Of a stretch of 64,000 bases of DNA, positions 10,880 through 20,700 are shown one piece after another. Numbering within the stretch: the first letter of the stretch is position 1; every line of letters begins with the position of its first letter. Under the pieces are notes generated by a model. It had not been told where the DNA came from, made no database searches, and saw only the letters and a list, made by a program, of their open reading frames with translations. This stretch comes from Schmidtea nova (lineage: Eukaryota): the NCBI GenBank assembly GCA_044892505.1, contig CM097882.1, positions 336,350,001 to 336,414,000 on the forward strand, read 5' to 3'. The position numbers and the translations under genes were made by a program.

Positions 10880-12283
10880 ATGCAGACCGAGAATCAGCAG
10901 AAACAAGAAGAATTGATCGAACTATATCAGATACTACAGAGACAACGGATAGAACCAACAGAATTTCAAGAAAGATTTAAATGTAAAGTATGTAGAAATT
11001 TATTGATAGAACCCAGACAAACTGAATGTGGATGTCGAATATGCACTAATTGCGTGACGAAAGTAATACGAACAAAACAGAAGCTATGTCCTGAATGTGG
11101 TGAAGCAATAATAGACCAATTTGACCAAACCAGACCAGATATCGCAATGAATCGGGAAATAATGAACGCAGCAACAACCTGTCCAAACAAACCATGTGTA
11201 TGGAGTGGGCCAATAAAATGGATCGCCAAACACCTTTATAATTGTGATGATACGAAAGCTAAATGCAAGTGGTGTGAAGAAGAAATGTTGAAGAAAGTCA
11301 AAGATAGTCATGAGGAAATGTGTGAACAACGACAGGAAATATGTGAGTTTTGCAACGAAACAGACGCTTGGATAGTGTTAAAAGATGAGCATTGGAATAT
11401 AGAAGAAGGGCAAGTATGTGACGAGTATGAAGGTAATTGTAATCAATGTGGAATGGCAGAAAACGTGAAGCTAAAAGAACATTGGGAAATATGCGAAAAG
11501 AAGCCTACTGCATGTCCACTAAAATTATTCAATTGCAAAGTAAGATTACCAAAAGAGGAAATACAAAAGCATGTAGATGAAAATAGTGTAAATCATTTGA
11601 GAACCGTTGTGGAAGCTATTGGAGCAACCGCACTGGTAATTGGAGAAGCCAACACAGAAATAAAATCTCACAAAATCATGATACAAGAGATGTTGGATAC
11701 GAGAGGAAATTTTGAAAGAATAAGAGAACAAATGATCCAAAAAATGATACTATTAGACCAGAAAATAGCAGAAATATCAACAATCCAACAAAGATTGGAA
11801 AGCATATTGCCAACAATGGAAGAACTACCCGTCACACCCTACTATTGGAAAATCACAGAATTTACAGAGAAATTGAGACTAGCAAGAGAAGGAGGTCAAC
11901 GTGTATGGACAAGTCCACCTTGTCATAGTTGGAAACATGGTTACAAGCTTAGATTCAAAGTATATCTAACGGGAGACGGACTAGGAGCCGGAACTCATTT
12001 ATCTGTATATTTTCAAATATGTAAAGGAGATTATGACGATTGGTTAGAATGGCCCTACGATTGCGATATAGCTATGAGGATCGGAACAAAGGAAAACAAC
12101 GTTCGGGAAGTATTCAGACCAAACTTGAAGAAGGTAGAAGCAGCTTATAAGAAGCCGATCGAAAACTACAACGTAGCTGTAGGAAATCCACGTTTTATTG
12201 CATTACATTATTTAACCACAGAACAATCATTATATTTGGTAAATAATATCCTGTATCTGATTATCGAAGTGAGGAAGCCGTAG
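10880..12283 (+). CDS. TRAF-family protein (RING, TRAF zinc fingers, coiled coil, MATH), TRAF2/3/5-like
   Basis: RING CKVCRNLLIEPRQTECGCRICTNC...CPEC; CPNKPCVWSG zinc finger; MATH YYWKITEF...GYKLRFKVYLTGDGLGAGTHLSVYF...LEWPY. Probable start 10880 after TTTTAG-A. Confidence 0.93.
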   Translation: MQTENQQKQEELIELYQILQRQRIEPTEFQERFKCKVCRNLLIEPRQTECGCRICTNCVTKVIRTKQKLCPECGEAIIDQFDQTRPDIAMNREIMNAATTCPNKPCVWSGPIKWIAKHLYNCDDTKAKCKWCEEEMLKKVKDSHEEMCEQRQEICEFCNETDAWIVLKDEHWNIEEGQVCDEYEGNCNQCGMAENVKLKEHWEICEKKPTACPLKLFNCKVRLPKEEIQKHVDENSVNHLRTVVEAIGATALVIGEANTEIKSHKIMIQEMLDTRGNFERIREQMIQKMILLDQKIAEISTIQQRLESILPTMEELPVTPYYWKITEFTEKLRLAREGGQRVWTSPPCHSWKHGYKLRFKVYLTGDGLGAGTHLSVYFQICKGDYDDWLEWPYDCDIAMRIGTKENNVREVFRPNLKKVEAAYKKPIENYNVAVGNPRFIALHYLTTEQSLYLVNNILYLIIEVRKP

Positions 12284-12502
12284 CGAAGATGGAAAAAGTG
12301 TAAATATGTCTGTATTATAATGAAGTATCTGTATCATAATGTACAAAATAAAATTAAAAAATCACAAAAACATAAAAATTAAAAAGAAATATAAAAATGA
12401 GAAAAACCGAAAAATCAAATATAAAAATGAGAAAAATCAAAATGTTGTAAATATAGAAAACAAAAATTGTGAAAATATAACGGAGAAAATATTGTAGATA
12501 CA

Positions 12503-13672
12503 ATGACTGAAAGGAAGATCGTGAAAATACGAGAAGATGACAGATCATTCAAAAGTTTGTGCGAATTAATGAAAAGAGGTAAAGAAAAGAAGTCAAAACC
12601 AATTACCTCAGAATTGATTTATTGCCAATTTACACGAACAATATCAAATGTCCCCAAGGAAAGAAATTATGGCAAATTCAAAACTATCGATGAAACGTTG
12701 AAAAATGAGAACCGAAGATATATAACCTTTCTACAACAAGACAATTTCTATGAGAAGCAATACAGAAAATTCGCCAAAGAGGGTTTGTATTTTGCAGGGA
12801 CAATCGAGAAACCCGATAAAGTAACTTGTGTATTTTGCAGAATTGAAATAGAACCTTGGAGAATTAACGATGATCTACTAACAGAACATAGAAAACTTTC
12901 ACCCACATGCCCGTTTGTGTTAAAGGCATACGAAAAACCAAGAAAACCAGCAACAATGAACAATGATGAAGAAGAAAAACCCAAAATAGTAACGATAACT
13001 TCAACAGGTCCAGCAAAGATACGATTCATAGAAATTGATCCAAAATATACGATTAATGGGAGAACTGACACCTTTGCAGATAAAAAGATGGGTATCAGAT
13101 TAGCAATAGAAGGTTTTTATGCAATAAATGAATCAACCGCTGAATGTTCAGAGTGTGGAATACAATATCAATTACCAAAAGAAGAAGGAGAATACCTGAA
13201 ACACAACGAATATTGTAAATATGGAGAAGAATTATATGAAGACGAAGAACCGATCAATTATAAAAACCCAGAGATGCCTGTTAATGAATTATTAGTAGAT
13301 AAGATATTAGACGAACCACGAACTCAAAAGGCAATGGAACGTACCGGCAAAAGCGAAATATTTGTGAAAGAAGTTATCAGAGAGAGATTGAGAAGAAATG
13401 GAGAAACATTTGGATCAACCCTAGAATTTTTCAAAGCTATAATACAGTTCACCAGAAAATCTAAAGTTGTCAACCCAGAATCATGTATCAAGAAAGTTAT
13501 ATTAAATAAACACCCCTGTTCAATCTGTTGGATAAAGAAAGTGGAAGTTATTCATTTACCGTGTGGACATCTGTTGGCATGTGAAAATTGTAGCAATAAA
13601 TTGAGATTGTGCTCAATGTGCAGGAAACCGGTCGACAAACGGATCAAGGGATTTCGTTATGCCGATCAATAA
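12503..13672 (+). CDS. Inhibitor-of-apoptosis (IAP/BIRC-like) protein: BIR, degenerate second BIR, C-terminal RING
   Basis: BIR FAKEGLYF...DKVTCVFC...W...DDLLTEHRKLSPTCPFV; second R.TF...LAIEGFY...CSEC...H...C; RING CSICWIKKVEVIHLPCGHLLACENC...CSMCR. Confidence 0.93.
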   Translation: MTERKIVKIREDDRSFKSLCELMKRGKEKKSKPITSELIYCQFTRTISNVPKERNYGKFKTIDETLKNENRRYITFLQQDNFYEKQYRKFAKEGLYFAGTIEKPDKVTCVFCRIEIEPWRINDDLLTEHRKLSPTCPFVLKAYEKPRKPATMNNDEEEKPKIVTITSTGPAKIRFIEIDPKYTINGRTDTFADKKMGIRLAIEGFYAINESTAECSECGIQYQLPKEEGEYLKHNEYCKYGEELYEDEEPINYKNPEMPVNELLVDKILDEPRTQKAMERTGKSEIFVKEVIRERLRRNGETFGSTLEFFKAIIQFTRKSKVVNPESCIKKVILNKHPCSICWIKKVEVIHLPCGHLLACENCSNKLRLCSMCRKPVDKRIKGFRYADQ

Positions 13673-13806
13673 TCCAATCAAGCAACCTTGTAAATAAATT
13701 GTAAAAATTTTAACTATAATCGATGTATACAAGTATTATTTAATAAGCATGAGCCACAAAAAATGTATAAACAAAAGGAAATTACCCATGTTATTATTAT
13801 TTCAGG

Positions 13807-15354
13807 ATGAATATACAACAATTGATAAACATCCTAGATCAGGAGATGGCCAAAAGACAAGAACAACTAAATCAAATGAGAAATTATGAACAAAGAATGG
13901 AAGCCATCCAAGAGAACGTTAAAATGATTGAGAAACGAACCCAAGAGATCAATAAAATAAAAGAGGAAAATGAGGAACTACGAAAAATAATAATCGACAA
14001 GGCACATATCGAAGCTGAACTAGACAATTATAAACGAGAGTACAGGGAAATGGAGAGAAAACTCGAGCACGAACAACGGAAGTCGGTACCGTTGAAAAAT
14101 CAAGCGAGATTAAGAAAAGAAGAGCTCGAAACTTATAAAAGAGATACCGAAACAAGGTACGACAACTCCATAAGATTCTATCAGCAGCAACTCGAAAGTG
14201 AAAGAAACAGATATGAAGCCATGAAAAAGAAATGGGAAAAGTGTCGAGATGAAGCATTTGTTTTGAGAGGACAACCTCAAAAGAAGCTTAAAGTCAGAAC
14301 AAGAAACATTGAACCTGAAAGCGAACAAGAAAAGATCATTAGAAAAGTTAAAGCAGAGGCTAGGAAATGGAAACAAGAACATCAAGATTTATTGGAAATG
14401 GCTCGACACAGAAAAATGCTACACGAAGAATTATTAAGACGGAGAGACGTTCAAATCGAGGCTCTGAAAGAGGAATGTCATTGGTATGCAGACATACGTC
14501 ATGAGGAAACGGAGAAACTCAGAAAAGAAATATTCCAGTTGAAAACGAGCGGGCAATTCAGAGAACGAAGCATAAAGCATCAAATAAAGTGGCTAAAAGA
14601 ACAAGCCAGAACATGGAAAAAGACCTGGAAAAGAACTCGAGACGAACTACGAGAATTCCCAAAGAAGCTGATGTCAATAAATGAAGCAGAATTGTGGGAA
14701 AATGCAGAAAAGCAAGAGATAGAAAACAAAGAATTAAGACGGCAAGTTCAATTAAAAACTGAATGGAATCAAAGGAGAATGAAATTTACCAGGAATCAAG
14801 AAGCTCGTATCAAATATCTGGAATTTGAAAATAGGCAATATGATCAACAGAAAAACATGGACGATAGAAGTATTGAAGAATTGACAATCGAATTGACTAT
14901 TGCAAACCGTGAAGTCAACGGATATCGAGGAACAAATACGCATAAAGACATTGTCATTCAACACCAGCGACGGCAGATAGAAGAAACAAAGGCCGAATGT
15001 GAGAAAGCGATCCAGCAATCGCAGTATGAGATTGAAATGGCTATCCAAAGTTTGGAAGAAAATCGCCAAAACTATGAAAGAGAGATTGAAAGGTTGAAAA
15101 ATATGGAAAATACAAGAGAGCTCGAGATAGAAAAGGAACAGCTGAGTGAAGAACTCGATTACATGACATATTTGCTAGATGAAGAGATAGAAATCTCAAG
15201 AACTTTACGAGAGAGAGTTCAGAGCCTACAAAATCAACCTCCAATAATTCTATGGCCACTATATCCAACACCAATACAACCTGTACATTTGGAGCAAGAA
15301 AATCCTCAAATCGAAGATGAAGGGTTCGGAGAAATTGAAGAGACGTTTGTATAA
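13807..15354 (+). CDS. 515-aa long coiled-coil protein with a Pro/acidic tail, unknown function
   Basis: Intact E/K/R/Q-rich ORF; TTTCAG-G precedes the ATG. Confidence 0.8.
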   Translation: MNIQQLINILDQEMAKRQEQLNQMRNYEQRMEAIQENVKMIEKRTQEINKIKEENEELRKIIIDKAHIEAELDNYKREYREMERKLEHEQRKSVPLKNQARLRKEELETYKRDTETRYDNSIRFYQQQLESERNRYEAMKKKWEKCRDEAFVLRGQPQKKLKVRTRNIEPESEQEKIIRKVKAEARKWKQEHQDLLEMARHRKMLHEELLRRRDVQIEALKEECHWYADIRHEETEKLRKEIFQLKTSGQFRERSIKHQIKWLKEQARTWKKTWKRTRDELREFPKKLMSINEAELWENAEKQEIENKELRRQVQLKTEWNQRRMKFTRNQEARIKYLEFENRQYDQQKNMDDRSIEELTIELTIANREVNGYRGTNTHKDIVIQHQRRQIEETKAECEKAIQQSQYEIEMAIQSLEENRQNYEREIERLKNMENTRELEIEKEQLSEELDYMTYLLDEEIEISRTLRERVQSLQNQPPIILWPLYPTPIQPVHLEQENPQIEDEGFGEIEETFV

Positions 15355-15445
15355 ATAATAAAAGTGAATGTAAAGTGTAAAAAGAAATTGAAATGTAGTG
15401 TAAAAAGAAAACGTTGTGTAAAAAGAAAAAGTTGTAAAATATATC

Positions 15446-15492
<47 letters not shown>

Positions 15493-15656
15493 AAATAAAA
15501 AGTAGAAAAAATAAAAATTCAATAAAAATTAGAAAAAATGAAAAACAAATAAAAATTAGAAAATGTTAAAAATGATAAAAATGATAAAAATGATAAAAAC
15601 AAAAACAAAATTAATAAAACTGTAGAAAAGAGTTATGAAAATTCGAATTATAGAAA

Positions 15657-16232
15657 ATGAGATTATTGAAGCAAAGATCAGAACCAGAACAACAAACGAT
15701 ATCAAAAGAAAGATTCAAAAAATGGAAAAGGGCAACAGAGCAATATTATCAAGACCAAATAGACCAATTGAAGGAAGTAGTGAGCAAAGATAGAAAATAT
15801 ATCGCGCAAATGGAGCAAGAGTGCGAGACGATGGAAATAATCAAGCGAGAAAATTATTTATTTCGCCAACAAAACGGTCTCACCCAAAAATATTGCGACA
15901 GACAGAAGCAAGAGATTGACAGACTCAAGAAGGAAATAAGCAGTGAACAGAACACTGATAATAAAAGGAGAATTAAGATCGAGTCACTACAACGATCATT
16001 GAAGAACAAACAGAAAAAGATTATCAAAAGAGAAAAACAGATAATAAAGTTGAAAAGTGAAATCATAGAAGCAAAATTCGATACGTTCAAAGCAAAGAAA
16101 GTTGTAGAAATCAAAACGGCAGAAAATTACGTCCTCAAAGAGCAAAGGCGAAAAGAAGCAGACGAGATTGCAAAAATGGGTAACTGGAAGCCAGAAAGTC
16201 CGCTAAAGCTAAATGAAGAGACGAAAGAATAA
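15657..16232 (+). CDS. 191-aa basic coiled-coil protein, unknown function
   Basis: Intact ORF; TTATAG-AAA precedes the ATG. Confidence 0.7.
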   Translation: MRLLKQRSEPEQQTISKERFKKWKRATEQYYQDQIDQLKEVVSKDRKYIAQMEQECETMEIIKRENYLFRQQNGLTQKYCDRQKQEIDRLKKEISSEQNTDNKRRIKIESLQRSLKNKQKKIIKREKQIIKLKSEIIEAKFDTFKAKKVVEIKTAENYVLKEQRRKEADEIAKMGNWKPESPLKLNEETKE

Positions 16233-16327
16233 AATATATCTAAACTCATGTAAATATCCCTGTAAAAATATAAAAGAGAAAATTTGAAAAATCATTAAAC
16301 AAATTTGAATCTATAAATCTATAGAAA

Positions 16328-17152
16328 ATGAGCAATCTAATGAGGATCACAACAACCATCGTGATAGCTATAATTACAAACTGCCGAAGCGAAGAAGCAT
16401 TGAGCCAATGTCAAGCAAGCCATCCATTTAGAAGATCCGATAGCATTTGTGCAAGCTATCAAGAAATTTGTATCACCAGAAATGAGGAGTGTCAACAGAT
16501 CCAACTACAATGTCAACAATGTCCAAAATCCAGAGAAGATTCAATCACTATTCTTAAACAGCTAAAAAACGAAACCCAACAATTAATCCAACTACAAATC
16601 TCCTTAACCCAAAGGAACAATCTTCAACTAAAGAAACAACTCGAAAGCCAATCATCCTTCAAACAGTTAACAACCGAACTAAAGAAATTGAGCAAGTTAA
16701 TAGAAAAATCTCTAAATAATAAAGATGAAGTTAATGAGGAAAGATCAAGTTTCACAGAAGAGTTAAATCAAAAACTGAAAAGTCAACTTCATCAGACCGA
16801 GAGAATTATAAAACAATTGATATTACCCGAAAAGCAAAGGGAGATTATCCCTAAACAAGGATCAACCAACAAAGACGTCAGAGACCGAGAAGCAGCCATC
16901 ACAGTCGTTCTACAAGGCCTCAGTCTTTTCACGGTCATAATGATCCTTAGCATTGTTGCATCAATCGGAGTAGAAAAAATGAAATTAGAGAAAGCAAAAA
17001 TCCAGTTGAATACCATTAAACGAATCACCCATGAAGACAACAACCCGTCAGAGAATTTTCTAAGATCAATATTTGAAGATCCAGTTCCAGAACCTCCTAA
17101 TCCTGAGACATCTACAACCTCGGTGCAGATGAATTATTTCTATAAACAATAA
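16328..17152 (+). CDS. 274-aa predicted type-I membrane protein (signal peptide, 6-Cys segment, coiled coil, TM, cytoplasmic tail)
   Basis: N-terminal ITTTIVIAIITNC; six Cys within residues about 27-65; hydrophobic AAITVVLQGLSLFTVIMILSIVASIGV; Pro-rich tail. Confidence 0.75.
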   Translation: MSNLMRITTTIVIAIITNCRSEEALSQCQASHPFRRSDSICASYQEICITRNEECQQIQLQCQQCPKSREDSITILKQLKNETQQLIQLQISLTQRNNLQLKKQLESQSSFKQLTTELKKLSKLIEKSLNNKDEVNEERSSFTEELNQKLKSQLHQTERIIKQLILPEKQREIIPKQGSTNKDVRDREAAITVVLQGLSLFTVIMILSIVASIGVEKMKLEKAKIQLNTIKRITHEDNNPSENFLRSIFEDPVPEPPNPETSTTSVQMNYFYKQ

Positions 17153-17744
17153 TACGATTCGATTCGACAACTCATGTATTTTCTTCCATTCATTTAATCT
17201 ATCCATCTAGTTGTATCCTCATCTTTAACAATACTTCAGCATCATTTAAATCATGACCCTGTGTAAAAATCGTAATGCCCCTGTAAATGGCCAATTAAAC
17301 CCAAATCAACAATGTAATAAAGAATCATTTGAAATCCCGAAGAGAAGATGACAAGAAACCGTTGATCAATACCGAGTCCTTCAAACTATTCCAGTCGAAG
17401 ATCCCACCAATTCAATAATAGAATTGATAATTCAACAAACTTAATAAACTTGGTAAAACTTTTATCCGAGTCGTTGTAGACTCATATTGAACTTTGATTA
17501 GCCGCTGTAGGCACATATATTACATTTAATTTTTTTTTGCGAGTCGATGTAGACTCATATTTATGTATATGTATAATTTTATTAATTTTTTTTATAAACT
17601 TTTTATTTTTATTGTCGCGAATGGCATGATCACGACCAAGTAGCTCGTGTATAATGTACAACCTTTTGACCTTTGATTAGTCTTGGTTCTTAACCCCTCT
17701 GAGAAATTGCGGGACGCAATTTTTGCGGGCCCCCGAGTATTTTA

Positions 17745-20700
17745 TGTTGGGCCAAAACCCAATTTGTTTTAATAAAGCGATAACCCCATAGGTAGAGAAC
17801 GCGCAAGATTCCATTTTAACCTTTGCTTCCATTAAAAAAATCCAACAATTAAGCGGAAAACACCAAAAGGTGAAGATGAATCAAAACACAGCAACCGGTA
17901 GAATGCGCGCTAACTGCGAATTTATAGATATTTCCACTGAAATCTCGAGAAAAATTAAAAGCAGAATGTTTGGAAGCTAGAATAGGCAAAAAACCCATGG
18001 AAAGTGCCCATAAAGAACAGAATTTTATCATAAAACCTTCAAGTGCAGAAAAACTAACACAATTCTAGAGGAAAATTGTGAATTTATCACAAAATTTCAC
18101 ATATAACAATAGAAAGAATTAATATGGATCGAAAATCATAAATTAAATCAAATCGAACAAATTTCGATTCAAACATAGAAATTTTGAATAAAAATAAATT
18201 ATTTATAGTTTATAAAAAATTATTATACAAAAATATGGAATTAATTTTCGGAAAATCATTAGAATTAATTTAGAAAAAATTAAGAGAAACTTCTAGAACA
18301 ATTTGTTTTATTGCACTACCGGAGATAGAGAAAATTTGATGGTATATATACCGCCATCAAAATGGCAGATTAGACAGAATTTTGTGGAAAATTTTTCTTG
18401 ATTAATTTGCGGAGAAATTGCGAAAAATAATTTTTGTGAAATCCAACTTGAGAATTTGATTGCAAGAAGAAAAGCTAATTTGATTTCAAGAAGAGAAGAG
18501 AAAAGCTAATATCAGAATTTGATTCCAAGAAGTTACTATCAGAAGTTGATTCCAAGAAAATTTGTGGAAAATTCGTTCCAAATTTCTAAGAAAAAATTAA
18601 TTTGTTTGAAAGAAATCGTAGCAGAAGTTAATTGGACAAACGTAAGGATTTGTTTGATTTTGGTTATTCTCATTGGGGATTGGAATGGTCGTCCATCATG
18701 CCTGACGATCATCCCATTCCCCCCTTTTTTATTTAATATGTTATTTGTCATTTTATTTATTATGGTCAATTTTATATTATTAAAGTATTTTCATGATTAA
18801 TAACTTAGTTTTTTTTTTTTTTTTTTGTTGTCATAATCATTATCACGAGCCACAATTTCCCAAAATAATTCAGGAAAGATCTCATTGAAATTCGAAAACT
18901 AAATTAAATTATGAAAATAAATAAAAATTTTTTTTTTTTATCTCCCATATCTTCTGACGATCCGTCCAGCCTTGGTTGTGCGGATCTGTTAGTAGCCTGG
19001 GTGGATCGTTGTCTGATTGGTAATCGGCCAGCCCATATTTCCACTTTAAGGTGAGGCTCATACATCCAAATTCGCGTCATCCCAACTGGGGAATCGCGGT
19101 TTGACCAAGAGCAAGGTTTTGTTATACTAATGATTTGTATTATAATAGAGTATCATATTTTTATTATCTACATAAGCAATTTCGTAATACAACATAATAA
19201 TTTCTACCTCATGTCTTGAAATCTAAAATAGGAAATATTATTGATTAAAAAGTCGACTCGTACTCACCTTCGCCTTCACACTCTCAACAACGTTCATCTC
19301 ATAAGAAAATGCAAGAAAAATGGATGCTGATGATGAAAAGAAAATGGTTCGAAATAATGCTCAAAGTCTAGAATAATGCTCATGAAGTGAAACAAATTGT
19401 GAAACAAGTATTGATTTAATCTGAATTAAAGCTCATTATGGTCTAAATAAGTTTTCCTGTGAATCTTGTTTTTCGAGAGCCTGAAATTCCTAAGTGAAGT
19501 GTCCCGAAAAATTCGCGTACACTTGGTTGGGAAATTCATGCTCAACAAAACCGAAATTTACTTTGCTTGAGGTTAAAAATATTCGCTGAAAAATTTGTAA
19601 CTTATTTTTATTTTATTTTTATTTAGCATATAAAATTTTTTAGATTAAATGCTTATTTAGATCTCGAATTTATGGATAAAAATTTATTATCATTTCATTT
19701 GGATCAGAAATAGAAATTTGCTTTTTATTATGTTGAAAAGATTTTATATGGAAAAATTGTAAACCAAATTTGGTTCCTAATGTTATTAATATATGAAAGA
19801 TTTTATCATTTCGTAAAATTCCCGAGAATTTGAAAATCAAAAGTTATATTAAACCCCATGAAAATTTAGATTGAAATTTTATTATTATATTAATAAATTT
19901 TATTATTTTATAAAAAATCTCAATTCGAGATTTTATAGAAATTTTTTTTATCTATTCTTAAAGTATAAAAATTGTAAATTCAAATCGACATTATAAAAAA
20001 TTATAAACCTTATCGTTAATTGTTTTTCGTAGAAATTTTAAAACTTAAAAATTTGTAAAAAAGTATTATGAGAATTGTTATTATTATTTCGATCTAAAAA
20101 TTATTATTATTATCTTGATCTAAAAATCATTACCATTAGTTTAATTTTAAATTTTTTTTTTATGTTAACTTAAAAAATATTTTATACAATTTATTTAATT
20201 TATAATATAACCCCCCACGACATCTTAAAATAATAATACATCACTCATTGCAAAGATTTACACCCTTTTCACTCAATAGCATCATCCATATTAATATACA
20301 AACAACATACACATAAAATACAATACACACACATGCACAGTACCATTCAATAACATCCAACAATCACATACACACCAACAAACCTTATCAAAATTCCACA
20401 CAGACATTCTAGTTAGAATCGTTCATCTAACCACACTCATAAGCACTCAATTGTTTTAAATCACTCATCATACAATCACACACAAACACAACAGTAACAA
20501 TAGGACACACAGTCATCATACTACACCTCATCCACCAATAAATTATTTACTCTCATCCAACATTCAAGTCAACATACAGACACATATAATCACATACAAT
20601 CTCCCGCACTATCAATGAAAAATTCATAATAAACCTGTAAAAGTGTATCAACAATCAAGCTCGAAATGATAGTATCCCACATCATACGTAAACATGCATA

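Noticed and set aside
15447-15490. A44 run as a retroposed poly(A) tail
   Set aside because: It sits in a generally A-rich spacer with no TSD; slippage explains it equally well.
6898-17043. Many minus-strand ORFs overlapping the cassette
   Set aside because: They are antisense shadows of A-rich coding sequence (F/L/S-rich), with no motifs.
3820-17152. Bacterial or phage operon interpretation of the compact intronless cluster
   Set aside because: TRAF and IAP domains, splice-acceptor and poly(A)-like signals, the LTR/PBS frame and the absence of a Shine-Dalgarno pattern all point to a eukaryotic element.
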